Of a stretch of 64,000 nt of DNA, positions 1 through 13,939 are shown one piece after another. This DNA comes from Eledone cirrhosa (lineage: Eukaryota). Below the pieces are notes generated by a model, which saw only the letters and a list, made by a program, of their open reading frames with translations, ran no database searches and was not told the DNA's origin. The first letter of the stretch is position 1. Each line of letters begins with the position of its first letter. Made by a program: the position numbers and the translations under genes. The stretch is taken from assembly GCA_964016885.1 (NCBI GenBank), contig OZ024758.1:14508001-14572000 (forward strand). Reading direction: 5' to 3'.

Positions 1-1409
1 GAAACACTGTATGTCAATATGGCGTCCCTACGACTATCGGGAGTTACAGAACGATACATACATATTTAATTTATTTTTTGTGCTGAAATGTTAAAGACTA
101 CCCAAACAGAAATGAATACAATAAACCATTTTGGGGGGTTCGTTATGTACATCCTGCTTAATATCTCAAGGACCTCTGCAAATCAAAACCATATTTCTGA
201 TAACAGTTTCATAGATAAGAATATTTTTTATAAATAACCCCCCAAAAAACATATAGGTCTGTGTCCTAGTGGTTAGGACATTAAGGGTCATGGTTATAAA
301 ATCATGAGTTTGGTTCCTGGACCAGCTGGTACGATTTATCCTTGAACAAGACACTTCATTTCATGTTGCTTCAGTCCACTCAATTTGAAAATTAGTACCT
401 GCAACTTTGGGTGGTGGTGTGTGTGTTGGGGAGGGGGGTGCCATTTAATGTCAATAAAACTGTAATGATGACCCCCAAAAGTAGAACTACAATTTTTTAT
501 ATATATACTCATGATAGACAATTAATTTATATACTCATGATAGACAGGTGGATTGGCAGTATCGGTAGAGGGTCGGATGCCATACTTTGCAGCATAGATT
601 TACTGCCCTTTATGGTTTGAGTCCAAATCCCGCCGAGGTTAACGTTGCCTTTCATCCTTACGGAGGTCGATAAAATAAAGTACCAGTAATACACTGGGAT
701 AATTGCTGGCCTTGTGCCAAAAGTAGAAACAATTATATTATATACTCATGACAGACAATGATTATATATACTCTACAGTCCCGTTTGACCAAGGTATGGC
801 GCGACCAACAAGCCAGACTTATCTCATAACGTGGGCGACACATCTAACCCATACAAGCATGAAAAAATAGACATTAAACGTCGATGATGATAGACAATCT
901 TTTATATGCTCATAACAAACAATGATTTTATATAAACTCATGGCAGACAATGATTTCTTGTGATTTGGCATATGGCGTAATTTCTGAAAGGAAGAAGATA
1001 GTGAAATGTATCAACGTAGTATACTGATGGTGTTTATTTTATTGACCTTGGGGGTGTTAGTCATCATCATATCATCATCATCGTTTAATGTCTATTTTCC
1101 TCGCTAGCATGGGTAGGACGGCCAGGCTCTTTGTGAGAGATCAGGTCAGAGGACCTTGATTTTCACAAACTGAACTGATTTTGGTCTGTTTTCTACAGCT
1201 GGATGCCCTTCCTAATCCCAACTAGATTTACAGTGTGTGCTGGGTGCGTTTTGCAATGTCGCCTACACAACCACTTTACAGTGTGGACTGGGTGCTTTTT
1301 TGACATGACACCTACATGATCACTTGCTCTTATAACTCCATCCATAACAAGGATACTTGATAGATATATTAAATCAACTTCAGTATTTAACCCTTTTCTT
1401 GCTATATTT

Positions 1410-1665
1410 CTTGGCCATGTGATGTGCATAGATGATGACTGCTGGGTGAAGAAGTGCCAAGTAATCCCAGTGGAAGGAAGACGCAGTAGAGGAAGACCAC
1501 GGAAAACATGGGTGGAGGTGGTGAGAACTGACCTCAGACCGCTGAAGCTCACAGAGGAGATGACAAAGGACCCCGTCAAATGGAAAGATGCTGCTGAGCA
1601 GAAGAGGACAGGACCCGTCCTGTCCTTGCAAGCAGGGAAAAGCGGTCGTAAAATTATGATGATGA
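1410..1665 (+). mobile_element. RTE LINE 3' fragment (related subfamily)
   Basis: GHVM...DDCWVKKC...GRRSRGRPRKTWVEVV followed by a CCTTGCAAGCAGGGAAAAGCGG...(ATG)n tail. A homologous minus-strand copy lies at about 38208-38500. Confidence 0.8.
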
Positions 1666-2071
1666 TTTCCTGCCAAACTCATATAACACAGACCTTAAAT
1701 GATGATGATGATGATGATGATATTCTAACCATTCTGCCATGAGTGATGAAAAGCAAAGTAAACCTTGAACTATATACTATGAGAAAGAAGTAAATTCTGA
1801 AATACATTAGTTTAGTTCCATGCTATCCATGTTAACTTCGCCACAGCCCTTACACATTCTGTATGCATTGAACCTGCTCCAAATGCTCCTTTGAGACAAT
1901 TCCAAATTCTTGAAATACTTGTGTTGAACATGCTTGTTTAAAAAAAAAAAAATGAATTTAATATTTTTTTCGATTACCCATTGGAGAGCTACATCTAAGT
2001 TTTCAAACTGCTGAAATATCATACGATAACATTCTTATTTCAAGTACTTCTCTCCCATAGAATACTATTTT

Positions 2072-2967
2072 CATCATCATCATCATCATCATCATCATCG
2101 TTTTACGTCCGTTCTTCCACGCTAGCATGGGTTAGACGGGTTGTCCTGTTGTGGGCAGTGTCTGGTCGGCTGACCATGCCTTGCTCATACAGGAACTGAT
2201 CTGGCTTGATTTCTACAGCTGGATGCCCTTCCTAACACCAACCTCATTTACAGTGAGTGCTGGGTGCTTTTTCGTGGCGCCTACACATCCACTTTACAGT
2301 GTGGGCTGGGTGCTTTTTTGCCGTGGCACCTCCACGACCACCTTGCGGTGGGGTGGGGGCGGGGTTGGGGGGGGGGGGGGGCATATTGTTTATATGCTTC
2401 AGCATGTACCCATGGGAGGTCGGGTACCCTGTATTACTGCGTGACGCCAGAAGTCACGGTCGTGTGTCATTGACTTTGAGAGGTGTAGTTGGGTAAGGTC
2501 GGCTTTTATCACCTCATCCCAAGTCATCTTGGGTCTCCCCACTCCGCGATTTCCATCAACTTCTAGTGCTCTGCACCTTTTTATGCAGCTGTCATCCTTC
2601 ATACGCATCACATGTCCATACCAGCGTAACCGCCTCTCCTGCACGCAGCATTTGATTCCTCTTATGCTCAGTCTCTCTCTCAATTCCTTTATGCTTTGTC
2701 GTTCACGTATATTACTGTTACACATCCATCGGAGCATGCAGGCTTCGTTTCTCTCTAATCTACGTAAGTCTTCCACCTTCAGCGCCCAGGTCTCACTACC
2801 ATGCAACATCGCTGTTCGGATACACGCATCATACAGTCTGCCTTTCATTCTGAGGGAGAAGCCTTTTGCAGCTAGCAGTGGTAGTAGTTCCCTAAACTTC
2901 TTCCATCTTGTACTTTCTGAGCACCCACCTCCGTTGCTAATTCGGTCACCTAGGTAGCAGAAGCTGT
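2072..2967 (-). mobile_element. Shorter, near-identical copy of the same RTE LINE
   Basis: ORF 2399-2848 is identical in translation to the C-terminal 149 aa of the 55556-56704 ORF; same 3'UTR and tail; 18-nt deletion near 2908. Confidence 0.92.
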
Positions 2968-3030
2968 ATTTTGTTGTTGTTTTTCAAATTGCCGATGTAG
3001 TGGCTACATTATTCAAATACCTTTGTGCTA

Positions 3031-3044
<14 letters not shown>

Positions 3045-3061
<17 letters not shown>

Positions 3062-3660
3062 TTTCTACTTTTGGCACAAGGCCAGCAATTATCCCAGTGC
3101 ATTACTGGTACTTTATTTTATCGACCCCGTAAGGATGAAAGGCAAAGTTAAACTCGGCGGGATTTGGACTCAGACCATAAAGGGCCGTAACTCTATGCTA
3201 CAAAGCATGGTGTCCGACCCTCTACCGATACTGCCAATCCACCGCCCTACACTCAATAATAATAATGATTTCTACTATAGGCACACGGCCAGCAATTTGG
3301 GGAGAGGGGAAAGTTGATTAAATCAACCCCAGTGCATTACTGGTGCTTTATTTTATCGACCCCGTAAAGATGAAAAGCAAAACTAACCTCAGCAGGATTT
3401 GAACTCAGAGCTTAAAGGGCAGTAACTCTGTGCCACTAAGCATATTGTCCAACGCTCTACTAATACGGCCAAAATAATTGTTTCTACATTAGGCACAAGG
3501 CCAGCAATTACCCAGTGTATTACTGGTACTTTATTTTATCGACCCCGTAAGGATGAAAGGCAAAGTTAACCTCGGCGGGATTTGAACTCAGAATAGCAAG
3601 GGCCGTAACTCTATGCGCCAAAGCATGGCATCCGACACTCTACTGATACTGCCAAAATAA
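3045..3660 (-). mobile_element. Three head-to-tail family-B SINE copies
   Basis: Each has a GGCGGTGGATTGGCAGTATCGG-like A box, a GAGTTCAAATCC B box and the body GCCTTTCATCCTTACGGGGTCGATAAAATAAAGTACCAG. Other copies near 545-735, 10075-10295, 12660-12852, 37480-37665, 43975-44165, 44728-45050, 45490-45670 and 51156-51342. Confidence 0.85.
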
Positions 3661-3879
3661 TAATTGGTTTATAACACTATTATCACTTGAATCATCGTCT
3701 TCATTCAACAGCAATAACAGATAACCACAATCTTCCTACACCCAATATATCTTTTATAATCAATTACAGTTGGGTGATTAGATCTGACTATTGCTAAGAT
3801 ATGGATCCCTAACTATAACTTGAACTCAGAACACAAAGTGCAGTTATTTCACATCAAATCTCCATGAGAATTACATTAA

Positions 3880-4491
3880 CCCTTTAGCATTTAAACCATC
3901 TGTATCCGGCCAGAATTCTCTCAGCTCTTTCTGTTCAAACCAGCTGTAACTGGCCACTCATACTGACGCTAAGGTTTTGTTCTCAAAATAAATAATATCA
4001 AAATCTCATTGATTCAATATTGCGTGAGATATTATGGAGGCACATGGCTTAGTGGTTAGAGCATTGGGCTTGCAATCGAAAGGTTGTGAGTTCAATTCTC
4101 AGACCGGGTGATGTGTTGTTTCCTTGAGCAAGACACTTTATTTCACATTGCTCCAGTTTACTCAGCTGTAGAAATGAGATGATAGGACCTCAGTCCCTAT
4201 CATTCCACTGCAAAGTGGTCGTGGAGGTTACACGACAAAAAAGCACCCAGCCCAACCTGTAAAGTGGACATGTAGGCGCCACAGAAAAAAGCACCCAACA
4301 CTCACTGTAAATGAGGTTGGTGTTAGGGAGGGCATCCAGCTGTAGAAATCAAGCCAGAATCGGTTCCCGTCCCACCCTTGCAAGCAGGGAAAACGGAATG
4401 TAAAATGATGATGATGATGATGATTATGTAAGATAAAGCCTTTACCACAAAAATACTGTAATATATATAGAGTAATGTAAAATCTAAAGGG
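3880..4491. mobile_element. piggyBac-like non-autonomous element (TTAA TSD) with nested SINE
   Basis: TTAA|CCCTTTAG ... CTAAAGGG|TTAA; about 220-bp element once the SINE is removed. Confidence 0.8.
4036..4425 (+). mobile_element. tRNA-derived CORE-like SINE (family A) with RTE-derived tail, nested in a piggyBac-like MITE
   Basis: A box TGGCTTAGTGG, B box GAGTTCAATTC, CORE-like CCTTGAGCAAGACACTT...CTCAGCTGTAGAAATGAG, tail shared with the RTE 3'UTR, (ATG)n end. Similar copies at about 6000-6445 (+), 40805-41170 (-) and 54520-54790 (-, truncated). Confidence 0.85.
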
Positions 4492-6739
4492 TTAAGGGTA
4501 TACAAGCAAGCTGTCTCCTTGGTCAAACAACTGGAACACATATCTCTGACCGTAAATCATCTTGTCTGATTCACAAACAATTCCCCCAATTCACTGCCCT
4601 GGATTGGTTATTTTATCGACCTCCAAAAGAATAAAAAGAAAATTTGAACTGGATGGGATTTGAACTCGAATTGTAGAGAACTGGAACAAAAACTGCAAGA
4701 CATTTATTGTGATTCATACAATCTAACAACTCTGCCAACTCACTGCCTACCTTTGACAGATTTGAAAGATTGAAAATAATCAAGAATTTGGAGGGATTTA
4801 GTAATAAAACTTTCTTATAATTAATCTGGTCTTTGGAACATAACTTAACAAAAATTCTTCCATAAAATTATGACAAGATTTTTTAGATAAATAAATATAT
4901 GCTTGAAAATGAACAGTTTTGTATTGTAGAAACAGGAGTGTTTTCAGGTACTTTGCTATCAAAATAGTTAAACTTGCTTCGACTTCTAAATCTGAGGAAT
5001 GAATGTTGGTAAATTTATCTAATCTAGAGATATTTTAGAGCAACAACATTGTCAGGTCAGTTACAGTTTCTAAAGATAAACCGCTTTCCTCAGATTTTAT
5101 CAGTTAGGGACAAATTTCTTTGATTTTTATTTTCCCCTAGTGAACCAGTGCTGTCAATAGTGGTAGCAATACTTCTAAATGTTTTTAATTTTTGGAGTCC
5201 AGGATTGATATGTCATATATTAACCCTTTAGCATTTAAACCAGCTGTATCCAGCTAGAATTCTCTCACCTCTTTCTGTTCAAACCGGCCATAACTGGCTG
5301 CTCATACTTGTTAGAAGTCGCGATCAGTGGCAGAGAATATCAACAATGGAAAGACCAATAGAAACATTATTTTCTTTGGCTTGATCTGATGATCAACTCC
5401 TTTCCTTTTCTATTTTCTTTTTTTGTTTCCAGGAGAATAAATCAACCGCTTACATTTTAGCTTACTAGCTTGATTTTCACAAAAGCAAAATCAAGTCAAG
5501 GGTAAAAAAAAAAATCTTCATTTGCCTTAAGGACAACAACCTCTCTAGTGCTGGTGCCATAATAAAATGCACCCAGTACATAGTATAAAGTGGTTGACAT
5601 TAGGAGACATCCAGCTGTAGAAATTATGGCAAAATGGAACATATCTGAGTAAGGTACGACCCCTTGACCTGCTTAGGAGAACAGTATCTCCAATTAAGTA
5701 CTGAACTGGTCTCAAACAACATCATCCAACCCATGCTAAAAGCAGGTGATGATGGATGACGATGAGGGTGCTCTCCCTATATTCTAAATCACACTGAGGT
5801 AGTGCTATCCTTAATGTGGAATAGGAAGGGCATCCAGCTGTAGAAATCAAGCCAGAATCAGTTCCCGTTTGAGCAAGGCAAGGCCAGCCAACTGGCTACT
5901 GCCCACAACAGGACAACTTGTCTAACCCATGCTAGCATGGAAGAACGGACGTAAAACGGTGATGATGATGATGATATATATACATATATATATATAATGA
6001 TGGCACATGGCTTAGTGGTAAGAGCATTGGCCTTGCAATCGAAAGGTTGTGAGTTCAATTCTCGGACCGGGTGATGTGTTGTTTCCTTGAGCAAGACACT
6101 TTATTTCACATTGCTCCAGTTTACTCAGCTATAGAGATGATAGGGACCGCAGTCCCTATCATCTCTATAGCTGAGTAAACTGCAAAGTGGACATGTAGGT
6201 GCCACGGAAAAAAGCACCCAGCCCACACTGTAAAGTGGACGTGTAGGCGCTACGGAAAAAAAAGCACCCAACACTCACTGTAAATGAGGTTGGTGTTAGG
6301 AAGGGCATCCAGCTGTAGAAATCAAGCCAGAATCAGTTCCCGTATGAGCAAGACAAGGTCAGCTGACCGGCTACTGCCCACAACAGGACAACCCGTCTAA
6401 CCCATGCTAGCGTGGAAGAACGGACGTAAAACAGTGATGATGATATATGTATTCTGCTAACATCTGTGATAACAGAAAGCTTCATTCAACACACACACAC
6501 ACAACAGCTATAGCATATGTGTGTGTAATTGCCTTGTGAGTTGAATGGTTTAGTCAGCACTTTGTATGGTTGAGGGGTTACATGAATGAATGAGGGAATG
6601 AATAGTTGGCTGCATAATAATAATAATAAGGGTCTGCTTTTATAGCACAGAGGGTAAGACAGTTGGTGATCTGGTTCAGAGAATGGATGACTAGCTAACC
6701 AAATGAATGTCCTCTAGTTGGTAAGGTTGGCTTCTCTCT

Positions 6740-6826
<87 letters not shown>

Positions 6827-6883
6827 GTACGTATGTGTATATATGTATGTATATACATGTATATATATATGTATATATGTATG

Positions 6884-6935
<52 letters not shown>

Positions 6936-7290
6936 TTGATTATTATTGTTTTAAAATTGATAGGGTGCAACCTTCACACATGAATGCATTAATATGTGTG
7001 TGTGTGTGTGTGTGTGTGTATCATTTTAAGTTCACATTTCATGCTGGTATGAGTTTGACATAGTATGTATGTATGTATGTATGTATGTATGTATGTATGT
7101 ATGTATGTATGTATGTATGTATGTATGTATGTATGTATGTATGTATACATGTATGTATGTTCCAACCATAAAACTGAGGGGAAAAAAAAATAATAATATT
7201 TAAAAGATATGGCGGTACTCCAGAATGGCTGCAGTCTTGCAACTGAAAGAATAAAAGAGTGTGTTTATATATAATGTATATATGTGTGTG

Positions 7291-7336
<46 letters not shown>

Positions 7337-7384
7337 TGTGTATGTGTGAGAGAGAGAGAAGAGTGTGTGTGTGTGAGAAAGAAT

Positions 7385-7850
7385 GTGAGTGAGTGAGTGA
7401 GTGAGTGAGTGAGTGAGTGAGTGAGTGAGTGAGTGAGTGAGTGAGTGAGTGAGTGAGTGAGTGAGTGAGTGAGTGAGTGAGTGAGTGAGTGAGTGAGTGA
7501 GTGAGTGAGTGAGTGAGTGAGTGAGTGAGTGAGTGAGTGAGTGAGTGAGTGAGTGAGTGAGTGAGTGAGTGAGTGAGTGAGTGAGTGAGTGAGTGAGTGA
7601 GTGAGTGAGTGAGTGAGTGAGTGAGTGAGTGAGTGAGTGAGTGAGTGAGTGAGTGAGTGAGTGAGTGAGTGAGTGAGTGAGTGAGTGAGTGAGTGAGTGA
7701 GTGAGTGAGTGAGTGAGTGAGTGAGTGAGTGAGTGAGTGAGTGAGTGAGTGAGTGAGTGAGTGAGTGAGTGAGTGAGTGAGTGAGTGAGTGAGTGAGTGA
7801 GTGAGTGAGTGAGTGAGTGAGTGAGTGAGTGAGTGAGTGAGTGAGTGAGT
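7385..7850. repeat. (GTGA)n microsatellite
   Basis: Near-perfect tetranucleotide array of about 465 bp. Confidence 0.97.
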
Positions 7851-8779
7851 GTGTGTGTGTGTGCGCGCGCGCGCGTGCGTGCGTGTGTGTGTGTGTGTTA
7901 TTTGGTGAAAATTATTAGTCAGCATGTCAATCAATCCTATATTTATTGAAAATGGAATTATGGTGAGGTCATCACAGCTATCTGTTCAGGTTAATACCAC
8001 CATTTACAACTGACCTCAGCACCATTCCCAAGAAGGTAATTGGTTTTTTGACAGATTCTTCTAATTTATATGTATGTATATACATATACACCACCACCGT
8101 CCTTGTTTTTACATGTACTTTTTTATGTTGACATGGGTTGGGCAATTTGTCACAGATCAACATCAATTTTTACTCATATTTACTCCCCTTATAGGGGTTT
8201 AGGTGGGTTGGGGGGCCATGTCTTGCTCACATCTTCCATTTTTGGTATGTTTTCTATGGTTGGATGCCCTTCCTATTACCGACTAATCTACAGAGTGTAC
8301 TGGGTGTATTGTATGAGGTCACTAGCTCTAGAGTGGTTAACAGTCAGGACTGAAGTGTTGCCCTCAACACTACGTCAGTTTATTTGGAGGTTTCTGTCCT
8401 CTTGTCAACTTTGCCTTTCATCCTTTCGAGGTTGATAAAATAAAGTACCAGTCAAGTACTGGGGGTCGATTCTTCCTCTATATCTCTTTCTCATTTCCTC
8501 TCTCTCACTTTCTATCTTTCTCTGAAAGAAATCTGCTGTGTTCAGGCCTGAAGAGTTATGGGCTCCAGCAATGCCACATGTCGATACAGCTCCCCTACGA
8601 CTCTATCAGGAGTTACTGGACCATACATACTGTCCTCTTAGACAGGTTGCCTTCATTGTGACTTTACAGAACCCACACCTCCTCCATACACAGTTACTTC
8701 TCTCCAACACAATTTGCCTCCACTGCGACTCACGGAGACTACATCGTCCCCATGTAGATTTTCACTTGTAATCAATAAT

Positions 8780-9899
8780 TGTTTCTACTTTAGGCACAAG
8801 GCCAGCAATTACCCAGTGCATTACTGGTACTTTATTTTAGCGACCCCGTAAGGATGAAAGGCAAAGTCAACCTCGGTGGGATTTGAACTCAATAATTGTT
8901 TCTACTTTTGGCACAAGGCCAGCAATTACCCAGTGCATTACTGGTACTTTATTTTAGCGACCCCCGTAAGGATGAAAGGCAAAGTCAACCTCGGTGGGAT
9001 TTGAACTCAATAATTGTTTCTACTTTAGGCACAAGGCCAGCAATTACCCAGTGCATTACTGGTACTTTATTTTATCGACCCCCGTAAGGATGAAAGGCAA
9101 AGTCAACCTCGGTGGGATTTGAACTCAATAATTGTTTCTACTTTTGGCACAAGGCCAGCAATTACCCAGTGCATTACTGGTACTTTATTTTAGCGACCCC
9201 GTAAGGATGAAAGGCAAAGTCAACCTCGGTGGGATTTGAACTCAATAATTGTTTCTACTTTTGGCACAAGGCCATCAATTACCCAGTGCATTACTGGTAC
9301 TTTATTTTAGCGACCCCGTAAGGATGAAAGGCAAAGTCAACCTCGGTGGGATTTGAACTCAATAATTGTTTCTACTTTTGGCACAAGGCCATCAATTACC
9401 CAGTGCATTACTGGTACTTTATTTTAGCGACCCCGTAAGGATGAAAGGCAAAGTCAACCTCGGTGGGATTTGAACTCAATAATTGTTTCTACTTTTGGCA
9501 CAAGGCCATCAATTACCCAGTGCATTACTGGTACTTTATTTTAGCGACCCCGTAAGGATGAAAGGCAAAGTCAACCTCGGTGGGATTTGAACTCAATAAT
9601 TGTTTCTACTTTTGGCACAAGGCCATCAATTACCCAGTGCATTACTGGTACTTTATTTTAGCGACCCCGTAAGGATGAAAGGCAAAGTCAACCTCGGTGG
9701 GATTTGAACTCAATAATTGTTTCTACTTTTGGCACAAGGCCAGCAATTACCCAGTGCATTACTGGTACTTTATTTTATCAACCCCGTATGGATGAAAGGC
9801 AAAGTTAACCTCGGCAGGATTTGAACTCAGATCATAAAGGGATGTAACTATGCTGGAAAGCATGTCCGAGCCTCTACCGATACTGCCAATTCACCGCCC
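8780..9899 (-). mobile_element. tRNA-derived SINE (family B) with nine tandem ~117-bp body units inside one TSD
   Basis: Units start near 8774, 8891, 9009, 9127, 9244, 9361, 9478, 9595 and 9712. Only the last continues into the A-box head. ATTTTCACTTGTAATCAATAAT occurs at 8758-8779 and 9900-9921. Confidence 0.9.
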
Positions 9900-10364
9900 A
9901 TTTTCACTTGTAATCAATAATGTTAAAATTACAGTTGTTGATTTAATCAATCATATCAACCTGAATACTTATTTTTTTCAAATCAATACTTAACTTATCG
10001 ATCACTTTTTCTGTTGAACAGCTCAATATATATAGTTATTCATGTGTGTTGAGTGTATATCAATATTAAAATAATGATTTCTATTATAGGCACAAGGCCA
10101 GCAATTTGGGGAGAGGGGGGGGGGAGTCCATTAAATCGACCCCCAGTGCATTACTGGTGCTTTATTTTATCGACTCCATAAGGATGAAAGGCAAAGCTAA
10201 CCTCGGCAGGATTTGAACTCAGAATGTAAAGGGCTGTAACTATGCTGTTAATCATGTTGTCCGACACTCTACCGATTCGACCAATCCACCGTCCTACAAT
10301 TTTAACACAATAAGTATAAAACAACTACAGTCATGCTAGCGTGGAAGGTGGACGTTATATGGCA

Positions 10365-10405
<41 letters not shown>

Positions 10406-10659
10406 TAATGTAAATTATCCAGGAATGCAGCAACTCTGAATAAAACAGTGTGGAGGTAGCATGGTCTCTGTAAAGTCTGAGTGAAGACAACCTGTCTAAG
10501 AGGACAGTAACCTCCAAATAAAGACTGATACAGCGTAGAGGCAACACTTCAGTCCTGAAAGTCAACCACTCTAGTGCTGCTAGCCTGATACAATGCACCC
10601 AGAATGCTCTGTAAATTGGTTGGCAACAGGAAGAATACAAGCAACACATGATATACAAC

Positions 10660-10809
10660 CAGAGGCGTAACTAGAGTATGGCAAGCAGGACACATGCCAT
10701 GGGTACCACTTGGACTTTATGGTTATCTGAAAGATGGGTGTCAGATGTTTGGGCAAGGGAGCAATTTCACTGCTTGCCATAAGCGCTATCTTCCCTAGTT
10801 ACACCTCTG
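10660..10809. mobile_element. hAT-like MITE, 150 bp
   Basis: TIRs CAGAGGCGTAACTAG / CTAGTTACACCTCTG; 8-bp TSD TATACAAC at 10652-10659 and 10810-10817. Confidence 0.85.
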
Positions 10810-11136
10810 TATACAACCCACCTAAAAGGGCAGAAATATGAGAAGAAAAAAAAACTGACTCTGTTGTGACAAATTACCCAACTCTTGCCAACATAGAAAG
10901 CATATGTAAAAACACTGGTGGTGGTGGTGGTGGTGGTGGCGGCACTAGTGGTGGTGGTGTGGTGGTGGTGGTGGCAGCACTAGTGGTGGTGGTGTGGTGG
11001 TGGTGTGGTGGTGGTGGTGTGGTGGTGGTGGTGTGGTGGTGGTGGTGTGGTGGTGGCAGTGGTGACAGCTATACAATCTTTTGAAAATTGAACCAGCAAG
11101 CATTCTTCCCCTGGATTATTAATGAGGACATTGCTC

Positions 11137-12008
11137 TCATCATCATCATCATCATCATCATAATCACAACCAACATTTTACCTGTTATTATCATCACTAT
11201 CATCATTATTATCATCACCATCAGCAATCATCATCATAATTACAACCAATATTTTACCTGTTATCATCACAACCACCACCACCACCACCACCACCACCAC
11301 CACCACAATCACCATCACCATCACCACCACCACAATCATCACCATCACCACCACCACCACAATCATCACCATCCCCACCACCACCACCACAATCATCACC
11401 ACCACCACCACAACCACAATCATCACCACCACCACCACAACCACAATCATCACCACCACCACCACCACAATCACCATCACCAGCACCACAATCATCACCA
11501 TCACCATCACCACCACCACCACAATCATCACCATCACCATCACCACCACCACCACAATCATCACCATCCCCACCACCACCACCACAATCATCACCACCAC
11601 CACCACCACAACCACAATCATCACCACCACCACCACAACCACAATCATCACCACCACCACCACCACCACCACAATCACCATCACCAGCACCACAATCATC
11701 ACCATCACCATCACCACCACCACAATCATCACCATCACCACCACCACCACAATCATCACCATCCCCACCACCACCACCACCACAATCATCACCACCACCA
11801 CCACAACCACAATCATCACCACCACCACCACCACCACAATCACCATCACCAGCACCACAATCATCACCATCACCATCACCACCACCACAATCATCACCAT
11901 CACCACCACCACCACAATCATCACCATCACCACCACCACCACCACCACAATCATCACCACCACCACCACAACCACAATCACCACCACCACCACCACCACA
12001 ATCATCAT
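11137..12008. repeat. (CAC/CAT/AAT)n trinucleotide array
   Basis: Compound triplet repeat giving spurious poly-His and poly-Val ORFs. Confidence 0.95.
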
Positions 12009-12227
12009 GTACTTCATTTTCTTAACCATTTATTGTTTTGTTTCTTCTTTCAACAAAGTTTTCTGAGATACATCCCCCCCCCCCCCTCAGTACAACACTT
12101 TATATCAAGAAACAGGTTTCAGGTGAAGATTTAAGGAAAAAGGAAAACAAAATATACTTAGCTTTACACACACAAACACACAAATATATGCATATAAACA
12201 ACATACATAAACACATACTCACACACT

Positions 12228-12262
<35 letters not shown>

Positions 12263-12460
12263 CGTGTGATGTAGAGAAACAGACTGATAAGATGGATAAG
12301 GAAAGGAAAGAGGGACAGCGAAATCTATATGTTGTGTGTTGATAGTCGGTAGGAGGCTGAGTAGAAAACAGTATCACCTGGTCCAAGAATCGAACTCACA
12401 ACCTTTCAATTGCAAGCCCAACGCTCTAACCACTAAGCCATGCGCCTTCACACACACACA

Positions 12461-12511
<51 letters not shown>

Positions 12512-12617
12512 ATTCATTTTATTAAGGCTAAATAGCGAGTCTTGTTACTCTGAAGTTTCTCACAGGGTCATCAGACAAGAACTCTTGTCTGATATGAATA
12601 TTAAAATGAATATTTAA

Positions 12618-13035
12618 CCCTTTAGCATTCACATTGCTCTATATATACTATTATATTTAGGGCGGTGGATTGGCAGTATCGGTAGAGGGTTGGGCGCCAT
12701 GCTTTGAAGCATAGAGTTACCTCCCTTTATGATCTGAGTTCAAATCCCGCCGAGGTTAGCTTTGCCTTTCATCCTTATGGGGTCGATAAAATAAAGTACC
12801 AGTAATGCACTGGGATAATTGCTGGCCTTGTGCCAAAAGTAGAAACAATTATATTTTCATGCTAAAGGCTTTACCTCACATAATTAACTCACATAATATC
12901 GAATCTATGAGATTTTGAAAGTATTTATTTTGAGAACAATACCTTAACATCAGTTTGGGCAGCTGGTTACAGCCAGTTTCAACAGGAAGAGGTAGAGAAT
13001 TCTGGCCGGACTTGGCCGGTTTGAACACTAAAGGG
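12618..13035. mobile_element. piggyBac-like MITE (same family) with nested family-B SINE
   Basis: TTAA|CCCTTTAG ... CTAAAGGG|TTAA; SINE at 12660-12852. Confidence 0.8.
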
Positions 13036-13939
13036 TTAACCTCTATTTCGGCCGTCAACTAGATACAGATATATGTGTGTGTGTGTGTGTGTGTGTGCGA
13101 GAGAGAGAAAGAGAAATAATGTATATGAGCATGTATATTTGTATGTGCATGTGAGAGTGTGTGTATGAGCATGTGTCTGTTTGTATATATGTGTGTGTGC
13201 TTGTGAGAGTGTGTGTATGAGCATGTGTCTTTATATATATGTGTGTGCATGTGAGAGTGTATGAGCATGTATATGTGTGTGTGCATGTGAGAGTGTGTGT
13301 ATGAGCATGTGTCTGTTTGTATATGTGTGTGCATGTGAGTGTGTATGAGCATGTATATGTGCGTGTGCATGTGAGAGTGTGTGTATGAGCATGTGTCTGT
13401 TTGTATATGTGTGTGTGCATGTGAGAGTGTGTGTATGTGCATGTGAGAGTGTGTGTATGAGCATGTGTCTGTATATATGTGTGTGTGCTTGTGAGAGTGT
13501 GTGTATGAGCATGTGTCTGTTTGTATATGTGTGTGTATACGCTCCTTTTAAAACTAAATTGAAAACATTCTTTCTCTGAAATATTTAAAGAGGACATTGC
13601 CTTCGCCTTCACCATCACCTTCACCATCACCTTCGCCTTCACCATCGCCTTCACCATTGCCTTCACCATTGCCTTCACCTTCACCATTGCCTTCACCATC
13701 ACCTTCGCCATCGCCTTCACCATCACCATCACAACCACCACAACCAATATTTTACCTGTTATCGTCGTCATCATCTTTTTACCATTTATTCTTTTGGTTA
13801 GGTCCCCAGTATCACCTTTCTGTAACTCTTTATATCAAGAAAGATGTCTATGTTGGGGTACGAGGGTAACAAAGGGTTCTCTGATAGCTTTACTCACAAC
13901 ATCATCTTAATCATGAGCAGCCATTTTACCCTGCTGTAT

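Noticed and set aside
1807-2022. 71-aa minus-strand ORF with an exon-like cag...gtaat segment
   Set aside because: No recognisable family, interrupted by a homopolymer run, and no partner exons.
7990-8035. Possible exon cag|GTTAATACC...AAGAAG|gtaatt encoding LIPPFTTDLSTIPKK
   Set aside because: IPPF recalls an upstream SLC26A11 loop, but the pyrimidine tract is weak and the several exons needed between it and exon A are not visible; kept only as a low-probability candidate.
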